Origin: a virus | Lineage: Duplodnaviria > Caudoviricetes | Direction: 5' to 3' (one strand) | IMG/VR virus record: IMGVR_UViG_3300019371_000256 | Span: 1 to 64,000 of that record | Length of the DNA stretch: 64,000 nt | Shown here: positions 9,302-18,366 of the stretch, in pieces | How the letters are laid out: each line of letters begins with the position of its first letter | How positions within the stretch are numbered: the stretch's first letter is position 1 | Program-made: the position numbers and the translations under genes | The notes under the pieces: model-generated | Database searches by the model: none | What the model was told of the DNA's origin: nothing | What the model saw: the letters and a program-made list of their open reading frames with translations, nothing else

Positions 9302-10450
9302 TTGGGGATAGGAAGAAGTTGGACTGCGGAGGAAGAATCCTACTTGGAAGATAAGTGGGGAACTATATCCATAAAGGGCATCGCAAAGAGTTTGAACCGG
9401 TCAGAGAATGCCGTTATTGTGAGAAGCCAGAGAATGGGATTGGGATCATTTTTATCATCAGGAGATTATATTACATGGAACCAACTGCAGATTGCTCTTG
9501 GAATGGGACTATCTGGAAGTGGATACAAAATGATTTCCTGGGTACAGAACAGAGATTTCCCCTTACACACAAAGCGGATCAGGAACAATTCCTTCAAGGT
9601 TGTCTTTTTGGATGAGTTTTGGATCTGGGCTGAGAAAAATAAGGCGTTCTTAGATTTTTCCCGGTTTGAACCCTATGCTCTCGGAGAAGAGCCTGCTTGG
9701 GTACAAGAAAAACGCCGGCAAGATTATTCAGATCGGCTTCAAATCAAAAACGCTCCATGGACATCACATGAAGACGAAAAGCTGATCCGGCTTGTTAGAA
9801 AGCAGCGGTATGGATTTCGGGAACTATCCCAGATGATGAAGAGAACCGAAGGAGCAATACAACGCCGTCTTACAGATTTGGGAATTAAGGACCGTCCGGT
9901 AAAAGCTGACAATCATACCAACTGGACTAATGAAGAGTTTTCTTTACTGGGGCAGATGATTATTGCAGGGAAAAAGTATGAACAGATGGCTGAAGTTATT
10001 GGCAAGTCGGTAAAAGCTATTCGTGGGAGGGTTTATCAGATGTATATTACCGAAAATTTGGACAAGATACGGGAAATGATCGGATCTGGCCCATGGGGAT
10101 CTGGCAGACCGGAACGAAAGATTAAACAATATCTTCTCATGAACCTGGAAGAGAAAGCACAGACCAAGGAACTTATGACCAGACTGGCAGCTATCATTCG
10201 GAATCAGTATAAGCAAAACTTTGATGATTGCGATTATTGGCAGAAAGACCTATGTCAGCACTGGGAGGGCTTCTGCATGGCGAGTGAAACGGATTGTGAC
10301 AGCTGCGTGAATTTCCAACGGATTAGGCTCCAGTATTGTAAACGCTGCGGAAAAGAGTTTTTGGAGCGGAAGGAAAATCTGTATTGTAAAGACTGTAGGG
10401 CTGCCAGAAAGAAACAGTATCTCAAGAAATTGGCAGTACTTGATAGATAA
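9302..10450 (+). CDS. Protein with three Myb/homeodomain-like HTH repeats and a C-terminal Cys cluster
   Basis: WTAEEESYL, WTSHEDEKL and WTNEEFSLL repeats; CQHW..C...C..C and CKRC...CKDC. Confidence 0.6.
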   Translation: MGIGRSWTAEEESYLEDKWGTISIKGIAKSLNRSENAVIVRSQRMGLGSFLSSGDYITWNQLQIALGMGLSGSGYKMISWVQNRDFPLHTKRIRNNSFKVVFLDEFWIWAEKNKAFLDFSRFEPYALGEEPAWVQEKRRQDYSDRLQIKNAPWTSHEDEKLIRLVRKQRYGFRELSQMMKRTEGAIQRRLTDLGIKDRPVKADNHTNWTNEEFSLLGQMIIAGKKYEQMAEVIGKSVKAIRGRVYQMYITENLDKIREMIGSGPWGSGRPERKIKQYLLMNLEEKAQTKELMTRLAAIIRNQYKQNFDDCDYWQKDLCQHWEGFCMASETDCDSCVNFQRIRLQYCKRCGKEFLERKENLYCKDCRAARKKQYLKKLAVLDR

Positions 10451-10804
10451 AATCCCCTGAATAAGGGAGGTGCCGGTAAGATCGGGGGAATCCTACCGGC
10501 GGAAGTATGAAAAAAAGTATTTATATTAAAAGGTTGTTTGCCTCTTTACAAGTATTAATATACCGGAGAATTGTGACGGGAGTTTGATGGTTCTGTGAAG
10601 ATTTTGTGAGAGAAAGTTGTACATTGAAAACTTTATATTGATAGTTAGTAAGTATGGTGGTATTCTACTATTGAAGGTTATTCATCTAAAGTGGGGGTTA
10701 TGCAGTTAAACACCAGACATGCCTTGTATATTTGATACGTCTCGAAACTAATAACAGTCTAAACAAAGTTTAGGAACAAAGGTTGTATAGAATGGAGGGT
10801 ATTT

Positions 10805-11044
10805 ATGTCAGATTGGGCAGGAGCCAATTCTTATAAAGATAAGAATATTTTAGAAACTTGTGATTATTGTGGTTGTGTATTTCGAATGGAAAACCAATTG
10901 CAGGATGGTCACAACGAATATGAAGAATACTATTGTCCGGAGTGCCGAAAAGAGTATAGAATTAGGGCAAGTCTTTCCCCAAGAGTGACTTTGGTTACTA
11001 AAAGAATAGACGGAAAATCAGACCATTATAACAACAATAGATAA
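10805..11044 (+). CDS. Small Zn-ribbon moron protein
   Basis: CDYCGC...CPEC; own GGAGGG RBS; AT-rich flanks. Confidence 0.6.
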   Translation: MSDWAGANSYKDKNILETCDYCGCVFRMENQLQDGHNEYEEYYCPECRKEYRIRASLSPRVTLVTKRIDGKSDHYNNNR

Positions 11045-11153
11045 GCTCATTTCAAACCTTGAAATACTATTCCACACGTTTAGTTAAAAATTTGTAATTT
11101 TTATACTTGTATTTCTAGCATAATCCGAAACAAAAAAATAATTTTGAAAAGAA

Positions 11154-12093
11154 AACTACTAACTATCAATATAAAGTTGGTAGTTTTTTTATTGTCAAAA
11201 AGAGAGAAGTTAAAATGGCTATTTGAATTAGGATTTAAAAGAAAAATTGTTCCTTGATAATTGAATATTGCTAGTTGGGGTGGTAAAATAGATTATTAAA
11301 TAGACAAAGAGGTGACTATATGAAGGAATATTTTATAAATTCATGGAATGAGTTTATGAGTGCTGTTTTAGAAATTTCCTTTGAGAATAAGGGATTTTGT
11401 TGGTATAGAGGACATAGAGAGACAGGTTGGAAATTATTACCTTCTGTAAAAAGAGATCCTTTTAATCAAGGAGAAAATGAACAATATTTAGCTAATAATT
11501 TTTATATTGATGCAAGTCGTAGAATAAGAGATAAGCCTAATAATAAAGCTGGATGGATTTCTCTCATGCAACACTATGGATTACCAACTAGGCTTTTAGA
11601 TTGGTCAGAATCACCATTAATAGCACTATTTTTTGCTCTAGAAAATCAGGAAGGTTATTCTGAAAAAGATGCGATTGTATGGTCTTTAAATCCTGAAAAG
11701 TTAAATATCAACATGGATAACGATAAATACCTATATCCAATGGATAGTTATACAGTTCAAAAATATATTGAGCCTGCTTTTTCAAAATGTACTGAACCCG
11801 ATAATGTTATAGCTTGCTTCCCGGTAGAAAATGATTTGAGAATGTATGTTCAACAATCAGCATTTACAATTCATTCATCGAATTTACCACTTGAGGAATT
11901 TAAGTGTTCAGTTGATTTTTTAAATAAAATTGTAATTTCGTCAAAAATAAAAAAAGAATTTAAATTACAACTTGAGATATGCGGATTCAAATTAAGTAAC
12001 ATATATCCAGATGTGGAGCATATCTCAAAAGAATTAAAAAATAATTTTTAAATACTAACCAACTATCAATATTCGGTAGTTGGTTTTTTATTA
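11154..12093 (+). repeat. Duplicated terminator-like element AACTATCAATAT..GGTAGTT..TTTTTATT flanking the FRG gene (11154-11193 and 12057-12093)
   Basis: Identical 12-mer at 11161-11172 and 12061-12072, each within a hairpin followed by a T-tract. Confidence 0.65.
11320..12051 (+). CDS. FRG-domain protein (moron)
   Basis: WYRGH, LLPSV, MQHYGLPTRLLDWSESPLIALFFA, QQSAFTIH; markedly AT-rich. Confidence 0.9.
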   Translation: MKEYFINSWNEFMSAVLEISFENKGFCWYRGHRETGWKLLPSVKRDPFNQGENEQYLANNFYIDASRRIRDKPNNKAGWISLMQHYGLPTRLLDWSESPLIALFFALENQEGYSEKDAIVWSLNPEKLNINMDNDKYLYPMDSYTVQKYIEPAFSKCTEPDNVIACFPVENDLRMYVQQSAFTIHSSNLPLEEFKCSVDFLNKIVISSKIKKEFKLQLEICGFKLSNIYPDVEHISKELKNNF

Positions 12094-12111
12094 CCCAAAA
12101 GGAGGAATATA

Positions 12112-12671
12112 TTGAGAAAATCATCAAAAGACTGCAGAGCAGATAGAGCTAGCGTGAACAGTCGTATACAGGCCGAGGCGGATGAAGCTATAAAGGCGCC
12201 GCCGGTAATGAGCTTCAGCGCAACAAATCCACCCTACGCATATACAAGCTCATGCCCGGATCCAAAGCGCAGGACTGGCCCAGCTTTTGCGGAATTACGG
12301 AGGAAGAAGGTGCAGCATGAGGCTTGAAGAAAAACAGATAGTCACTGTCCAGATTTATCCAGGTAGGAAGTTTGGGACCATGATCGGCAGCAATGACGGT
12401 CTGATCGGGATACAGCTTAACAATGGTGATTACATAGACGTACCCCAGGAGAGGGTGAGGATTGTGTCGGTAGAGGTGGAAAATGAAAAAGACGAAAATA
12501 GAATACAGTAACAAGAAATGTCAATGTTGTGGAAAGTTATATCCTCCCAAGACAGATCAGAAAAGATGTACTTGTAAGCAAGCTGGGTGGTTACTTGATT
12601 GGGGAACATGGCATGAGCCGAAAATATTAGGCGTGAATCCAACAAATATACAACCGCCTGAAAAAAGTTGA
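12112..12671 (+). other. Three short overlapping hypothetical ORFs (12112-12327, ~12311-12511, 12483-12671)
   Basis: ORF track, RBS motifs and translational-coupling overlaps. Confidence 0.5.
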
Positions 12672-13675
12672 TGGAGGAAATTTATTATATGAATCGGTCA
12701 AAAGTTGAATGGTGTGATCATGAATGGAACCCAATAACCGGATGCTCTGACAAGTGCATCAAATGTACTTATACCAAGTTCATACGTGGCTTTGGTGGTG
12801 CTGATAGCAGATTTAATCTTTCAAAAACTCATATGTATAAGCAGGAAGGTGAGCTTTGCGTTTTAGAATCTGAATTCACCTCAGAAACAGGGTATAAAAG
12901 CGATTATCCATTTGGTATGTTGCCAACGTACCATCGATATAGATTAGGGCGTTTGGGTACCCTTAGTACCGGAAAGAATGTGCTTTGCGGTTCCATTGGT
13001 GAAATGTTTGGATATGAATCTTGGTGCTATAAAGAGATATTCGATGCTTGTAGATTGTATTCTCAAAACAACTATCTCTTCCTTTCATCAGAAATTGGAT
13101 ATAGTAAGCTGCTGCATACTTTGCCTGCGGAAGATAATATGTGGTACGGAAGTGTGATTTATAAAAAAGAAGACCCGGTATTTGCAAAAGAGGGATACCA
13201 TTGCTTTCTTTACATTAACCCGAAAGAAGAGCTGGCTATGAATTTATTAGAATTAGATGTTCGGGTGGAATGGGTGGTTGTAGGTACCGGTGGCTGCAGG
13301 TATGGAAATAAAAAACAGATGCCTGAAAAGGAATGGATTGACAATATTATTAAATATACAGAAAGATTGAGCATCCCAATATTTATAGAATCTGCTATAT
13401 GTCTGAAGTATCAGCTTCCACCTAGAAGAGAGTACCCGGATCAGTTGATGTGGAGTTCTGGCCGTCGGTATTTTGGGGAACTCAAGGAGAAAATGGTCGG
13501 TGTATGTGGAAAATGCAAACGAGAAGAATTAAAGCAGAATATGGTAGCTATATGTGGTCGAGTTCAGAGAGGGAAACAGCCACAACAAATGGGATATCTT
13601 TGTAAGGAATGCTTGGAGAAGGTATGTGAGAAATACGATTTCAAAAATATTATAGGAGGTACCGCTAATGAGTAA
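12668..13675 (+). CDS. DUF5131 (phage Gp37/Gp68) family protein
   Basis: KVEWCDHEWNPITGCSDKCIKCTY; later EWVVVG. Confidence 0.8.
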   Translation: MMEEIYYMNRSKVEWCDHEWNPITGCSDKCIKCTYTKFIRGFGGADSRFNLSKTHMYKQEGELCVLESEFTSETGYKSDYPFGMLPTYHRYRLGRLGTLSTGKNVLCGSIGEMFGYESWCYKEIFDACRLYSQNNYLFLSSEIGYSKLLHTLPAEDNMWYGSVIYKKEDPVFAKEGYHCFLYINPKEELAMNLLELDVRVEWVVVGTGGCRYGNKKQMPEKEWIDNIIKYTERLSIPIFIESAICLKYQLPPRREYPDQLMWSSGRRYFGELKEKMVGVCGKCKREELKQNMVAICGRVQRGKQPQQMGYLCKECLEKVCEKYDFKNIIGGTANE

Positions 13676-13964
13676 AAGAAGCTGCAGGAGAACCGAAGAT
13701 GCAAAAATGATTCATGAGAAGGCGGTCAGGATGCGAAAAATGACTGATGAGCAACTTGTTCATTATGTGGAGGATCGCATCGCAAAAGCGGAGAGCGAAG
13801 GATATAACCGAATAAAAAAAGATGCCAGTGGTGATCTGGATAATTCTACAGTGAAATATTTTTTAGATGGATTTAGACAGGTTCCTGGAGTAGGGAAAAT
13901 TACATATAAGCGCCTGGTTGAGTATGCAAAAGAAAATGGGTATATTCCTGAAGAACGATGTTGA
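13668..13964 (+). CDS. Hypothetical phage protein
   Basis: IHEKAVRMRKMTDEQLVHYVED; VPGVGK HhH-like motif. Confidence 0.6.
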   Translation: MSKRSCRRTEDAKMIHEKAVRMRKMTDEQLVHYVEDRIAKAESEGYNRIKKDASGDLDNSTVKYFLDGFRQVPGVGKITYKRLVEYAKENGYIPEERC

Positions 13965-14063
13965 AAGTTAATCTATAAATTAAAAGAGGGTGCTTTCGCT
14001 CCCCTCCCTAACCAATATTATTGTAGCAGAGATGCATTTTAATAGCAAGGAGGAGTGTAAAGC

Positions 14064-14627
14064 ATGGATCAAAAGATTTTTATGATTAACGAGTTGGAGT
14101 TTGAACGAATGATGAAAGAGGCAGCAAAAATTGGGGCCACTACCGCGATAGAGAAATTAGGAGAAGAAAAGGCAAGGTATAAAAGAGAACTTGGAAAGAA
14201 GAAATTGCATAATACTGAGTTGTTAATGAGAAATTATCGGGTATTAAAGGTTCATACCGATAATTCCGTTTTTGATGCTGCTCATCTAAATGAATCCGCA
14301 GCGGATATCCTAATTAATATGATGTCTCTAAAAGATGATGGAATGGTAGTTGAAAGTATTAAACGATCAGCAGAACGGACTGCTATTATGATGGCGCATA
14401 TAGATGCAATGTTGGACTTATTTAAGCGATTGTGCGAGAGGTCCTGCAACGAACTACAAATGCGAAAATATGATGTATTATATCAACTTTATATTGCAGG
14501 AACTAACATGACCGTTAAACAGTTAGCGGAGCATTACAATATATCCAAAGAAAGTGTTTATGCGGATAAAAACTCTGCGATAAAGCAATTATCGGCTCTT
14601 CTGTTTGGAATTGATGCATTGAAATGA
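14064..14627 (+). CDS. Putative late-gene transcriptional regulator (C-terminal HTH)
   Basis: TELLMRNYR...TVKQLAEHYNISKESVYADKNSAIKQLSALLFG; located before the packaging module. Confidence 0.7.
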   Translation: MDQKIFMINELEFERMMKEAAKIGATTAIEKLGEEKARYKRELGKKKLHNTELLMRNYRVLKVHTDNSVFDAAHLNESAADILINMMSLKDDGMVVESIKRSAERTAIMMAHIDAMLDLFKRLCERSCNELQMRKYDVLYQLYIAGTNMTVKQLAEHYNISKESVYADKNSAIKQLSALLFGIDALK

Positions 14628-14634
14628 GGTTGTT

Positions 14635-15261
14635 ATGTATGAAGTTGCAAGATTATTAGATTTTGTACCAGGACCAGAAGGTACCGAGCTGAAATTATTA
14701 GTACCAAGGGTTAACCTAATGGAACCTATAATCACTAAGGAGATTACTGAATGTGGGATCTGGCTTGATGATGGTCGACAAATAAGTGCAGCACAACGGA
14801 AAAAAATATATGCAATGTTCAATGATATTTCTGAATGGACCGGATACAGTCCAAAGGAAACTCATGAGGTAATGAAGTATGAATACATAAAGTGTATTGG
14901 CTGTACTGAGTTTTCGCTAAGTGACTGCAGTATGGATTTTGCACGTGATTTTATTAGCTTTCTTCTGGATTATGCATTAGCTCATGGTATGTGGTTATCA
15001 GATCATGGAATAGATCGAACTGATGATATAGATAGGTATTTGTATTCCTGCCTGAAGCACAAGCGCTGCTGCGTATGTGGTAGGGCAGGAGAAACCCACC
15101 ATGAGGACGCTATAGGCATGGGAAATAATCGAAAGAAAGTTGATGATTCGAAACACAAAAAAATATGTTTATGTAGAAAAGAGCATACTGAAGCACATAC
15201 GATTGGTATGGCTACCTTTTCAAAAAAATACAAGGTATATGGAATCCTGTTTAATGAGTAA
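14635..15261 (+). CDS. Putative HNHc-type nuclease
   Basis: CCVCG...HHEDAIGMG...LCRKEHTEAHTIG. Confidence 0.75.
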   Translation: MYEVARLLDFVPGPEGTELKLLVPRVNLMEPIITKEITECGIWLDDGRQISAAQRKKIYAMFNDISEWTGYSPKETHEVMKYEYIKCIGCTEFSLSDCSMDFARDFISFLLDYALAHGMWLSDHGIDRTDDIDRYLYSCLKHKRCCVCGRAGETHHEDAIGMGNNRKKVDDSKHKKICLCRKEHTEAHTIGMATFSKKYKVYGILFNE

Positions 15262-15492
15262 AAATGGTTGCTAATGCTATCTTATGTCCATTGAGTTAAA
15301 TTTGATAGATCGTATGTTTATACAAGTAAATCCGTTATGGAATTAGGTTTAGCAATAGGGAAAAATGACGAATGTTATCGTTTTCGGTCATAAACTAAGG
15401 GTAAAATTTTTTGTTAACACCGTTTATCCGATATAGCATGTAAGAATGTACATTTACATTCAACAAAATATAGTTATTGATCTAAACATACA

Positions 15493-15522
15493 TTGACATT
15501 GCAAGATTAGTAATGTTAAAAT
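15493..15522 (+). promoter_or_regulatory. Sigma-A promoter for the defence block
   Basis: TTGACA, 18 bp spacer, TG-n-TAAAAT. Confidence 0.6.
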
Positions 15523-15549
15523 GTAGAAAAATATAGGGGGGATGAAGAA

Positions 15550-16956
15550 ATGATTAAGTATTTTACGGTATATGGTCTATTTGGAAAGTTTAAAAATGAA
15601 ATAGTTTTTAATGAAAAAGAAAAAATCACTTTATTAATTGGACCAAATGGATGTGGAAAAACTACTACATTAAAAATACTAAAATGTGTTTTTATGGATA
15701 CTCTAAAAGAATTATGGAGATTTGACTTTGAGAAAATTGAAATAGGGATTGAAAATTCAATCATCAGGATTGAGACAGATAAGGAGTATCCCTATTTACA
15801 AAAAAAAATGAATAGAAACAACAAGACCTTCTCGATTCATGGCGTATTTAAAATTTTTTTGAATGATAAACCTATGGAATATGTATATTCTAGAAATACA
15901 GATAAGTATTTAGAAAGAAATTATATAAAAAATCATTACTATGAAGATGAGATTAGTGAAATTACGAAATTTAATCCATATATTGAAAGGAGTATAATAA
16001 AGGAAGAATATAATGATACTTCTGCAGCAATTGAGTTGAATTTTCCTGAAGAAATAAAAGTACTATTAGAAAAAGTTAAAATCGATTTTGTTTCAACTAA
16101 TAGATTACTAAAGATGGATATAGACGAAAATATTCCTTTACGTGAATTGAGAAATCGTTTTCGCTATGAAAATATGGTTGAAGTATATTCAAATGAATTA
16201 GTTAAAATGATTAAAGATACATTATCTGAATATGCTAATATATCACAAAAATTAGATGAAGCTTTTCCGGGAAAAATATTTGAAGCTTTAAAAAATAATA
16301 TATATTATGATGAAGATAAAGAATTAGTAGAAAAAAAAATTGAGGAAATTAATACTCTAAGAGAAAAACATATTAAAACGGGTATACTTGAGAGCAATGA
16401 AACTACAAAATACATTACAGATAGTATTGATACTGTTGATTCTAAAACATTGCCTATATTAAAGGTTTATTATAAAGATACAGAAGAAAAATTAAAATCT
16501 CTCAATGATTTGTCTGACCGTATTTTATTGTTTATTGATTTGGTAAATAGAAAATTAATGTATGGTAAGCAGCTTATTATAACAAAAGAAAAAGGAATTC
16601 AAATAACAGATGAAAAAGGAATACAAATAACAGAAGAAAAAGGAATACAAATAACAAAAGAAAAAGGAATTCAAATAACAGATAGAAAGAAGATAATAGA
16701 ACTTTCCCAATTATCCTCTGGAGAGCAACAAGAGATAGTTTTACTGTATCGGCTTATATTTTCGTCAAATGAAAATCAGTTAATCTTAATTGACGAACCT
16801 GAAATTTCATTGCATGTAGCATGGCAGAGACAATTTGTTGATGACTTAAAGAAGATTATTGAATTAAATAAAATGAATATATTAATTGCTACACACTCAC
16901 CTCAGATATTAAATGATTATTGGAATCTAACAGTAAAATTGGGTGAGGTAGAATAG
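15550..16956 (+). CDS. ABC/AAA_21-type ATPase, PARIS AriA-like
   Basis: Walker A GPNGCGKTT, signature LSSGEQQ, Walker B ILIDEPE, H-loop ATHSPQI; coupled to a DUF4435 gene. Confidence 0.82.
   Translation: MIKYFTVYGLFGKFKNEIVFNEKEKITLLIGPNGCGKTTTLKILKCVFMDTLKELWRFDFEKIEIGIENSIIRIETDKEYPYLQKKMNRNNKTFSIHGVFKIFLNDKPMEYVYSRNTDKYLERNYIKNHYYEDEISEITKFNPYIERSIIKEEYNDTSAAIELNFPEEIKVLLEKVKIDFVSTNRLLKMDIDENIPLRELRNRFRYENMVEVYSNELVKMIKDTLSEYANISQKLDEAFPGKIFEALKNNIYYDEDKELVEKKIEEINTLREKHIKTGILESNETTKYITDSIDTVDSKTLPILKVYYKDTEEKLKSLNDLSDRILLFIDLVNRKLMYGKQLIITKEKGIQITDEKGIQITEEKGIQITKEKGIQITDRKKIIELSQLSSGEQQEIVLLYRLIFSSNENQLILIDEPEISLHVAWQRQFVDDLKKIIELNKMNILIATHSPQILNDYWNLTVKLGEVE
16579..16683 (+). repeat. 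In-frame 24-bp tandem repeat x4.4 encoding IT(K/D/E)EKGIQ
   Basis: Units start at 16579, 16603, 16627, 16651 and (partial) 16675; units 1 and 4 are identical. Confidence 0.95.
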
Positions 16957-16957
16957 C

Positions 16958-17836
16958 ATGTTTGAACAAGAGATGAAACAGAGTCCTGTAGAATTAGCAG
17001 ATGAAATCGGAATGATGTTATGTGGATTAGAAGATAAATTTATTCTTGTAGAAGGAGATTCTGATAAACGATTTTGGAATACATTACAAATTAGTAATAA
17101 AAAAAAGTATCGAATATACCTTGGTGCTAAAATAGATTCTAATAGTAACAAAGATTACGTAATTAATGTGCTAAAGTTATTATATGAAAGAAATATAGAA
17201 GCTAACATTATCGGAATTGTAGATGCGGATTATGATTTTTTAGATGATATAAATGTCTCACTTAAAAGCTTATATTATTATAAATATAAAGACTTAGAGT
17301 TGACTCTGTTAAAGAGTCCTTCTTTGGATATAGTAAATGAATTGGTCTCATCAAATAAAAAAAGGAAGCCAACTTATGAATTATTAGAATTAATTCTTAC
17401 AAAAACATATCCTCTAGGAATTCTAAGACTTGTTAATGAGAAGTATAATTATAACTTTGATTTTAAAGATATTAAATTTAAAAAGCTGTATGAAAAAACA
17501 GAGGAAGATTTTTTGAAATATTTTTGTGATTATACTAAACTACCTTTTGATGAGAGAAGTATCTTAATTGAAAGATATAAATATATTAAAAATAAAAATT
17601 ACAGAAAGGAATATATTTGTAACGGCCATGATGCATTAGAAATATTTAGTTTATTATTGAAACAAGAGATAGCTAATGAAAGTCATTGTGAGCATAATGG
17701 AGGTATACTATGTGAAATGTTAATGTCATCATACCATCATATCCAATCATTAGAAAGTCATATCGATATAGAGTCATTCGATAATATAGTTATTTCATCA
17801 ATAAAAACTAAAGAATTGAATATATTAATGACTTAA
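16958..17836 (+). CDS. DUF4435 / TOPRIM-like protein, PARIS AriB-like
   Basis: ILVEGDSD and GIVDADYD TOPRIM-type acidic motifs; CNGHD motif. Confidence 0.75.
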   Translation: MFEQEMKQSPVELADEIGMMLCGLEDKFILVEGDSDKRFWNTLQISNKKKYRIYLGAKIDSNSNKDYVINVLKLLYERNIEANIIGIVDADYDFLDDINVSLKSLYYYKYKDLELTLLKSPSLDIVNELVSSNKKRKPTYELLELILTKTYPLGILRLVNEKYNYNFDFKDIKFKKLYEKTEEDFLKYFCDYTKLPFDERSILIERYKYIKNKNYRKEYICNGHDALEIFSLLLKQEIANESHCEHNGGILCEMLMSSYHHIQSLESHIDIESFDNIVISSIKTKELNILMT

Positions 17837-18045
17837 TAAAAAGATTATTTATAAAACATGATTAATATAGTTAATAGTGCTGAGTGCAAAATTAATTGAT
17901 TACCAAATAAAGATTGTAAACTTACAATGATTTTAAGCAAATCTAACCCTTTAGATAAATCGATTATTCTGGAATTAGGATGTACTGTAAAATATTTAAA
18001 ACAAGAGTTGCTATATTATAAATAATTTCATTTTAATTGAGAAAG

Positions 18046-18234
18046 TACTGTCCCGACGCTCGCATCCGTCAAAGACAGTATTAACCCCTTCCCAAAGGTT
18101 CGTTGTCGGGGTGGGGATAACAGCAGAGAAAGTCCAGGGTATCCGCCCTGGATTTTCTTGTCTTATTGTATCTCAATATTCCTCCCTGGTTGCCCGGTGC
18201 TGCTCTGACCAAGAATTTGATTGAGCTGCACTCT
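18046..18234. ncRNA. GC-rich multi-hairpin segment; candidate ncRNA or mobile-element remnant
   Basis: Stems 18046-52/18074-80, 18084-88/18108-12 and 18127-39/18146-58 within very AT-rich flanks. Confidence 0.4.
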
Positions 18235-18366
18235 TTAACTTGTATTATTTTCCATTTATAATATAATAGATACAGAATTATTCATTTATTAATATGGTGG
18301 CATAGCTTAATATAATTGTAATAATGGGAAGTTAGAGCATCAAGAGATGCGCTGGGGGATAAATGT

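Noticed and set aside
16579-16683. 24-bp repeats as a CRISPR array
   Set aside because: The units are contiguous, have no spacers and are in frame within a coding sequence; no CRISPR array or cas gene was seen in the window
18190-18234. tRNA-like fragment on the minus strand (AGCTCAAT...GGTCAGAGCA)
   Set aside because: No T-arm GTTC motif, acceptor stem or correct spacing
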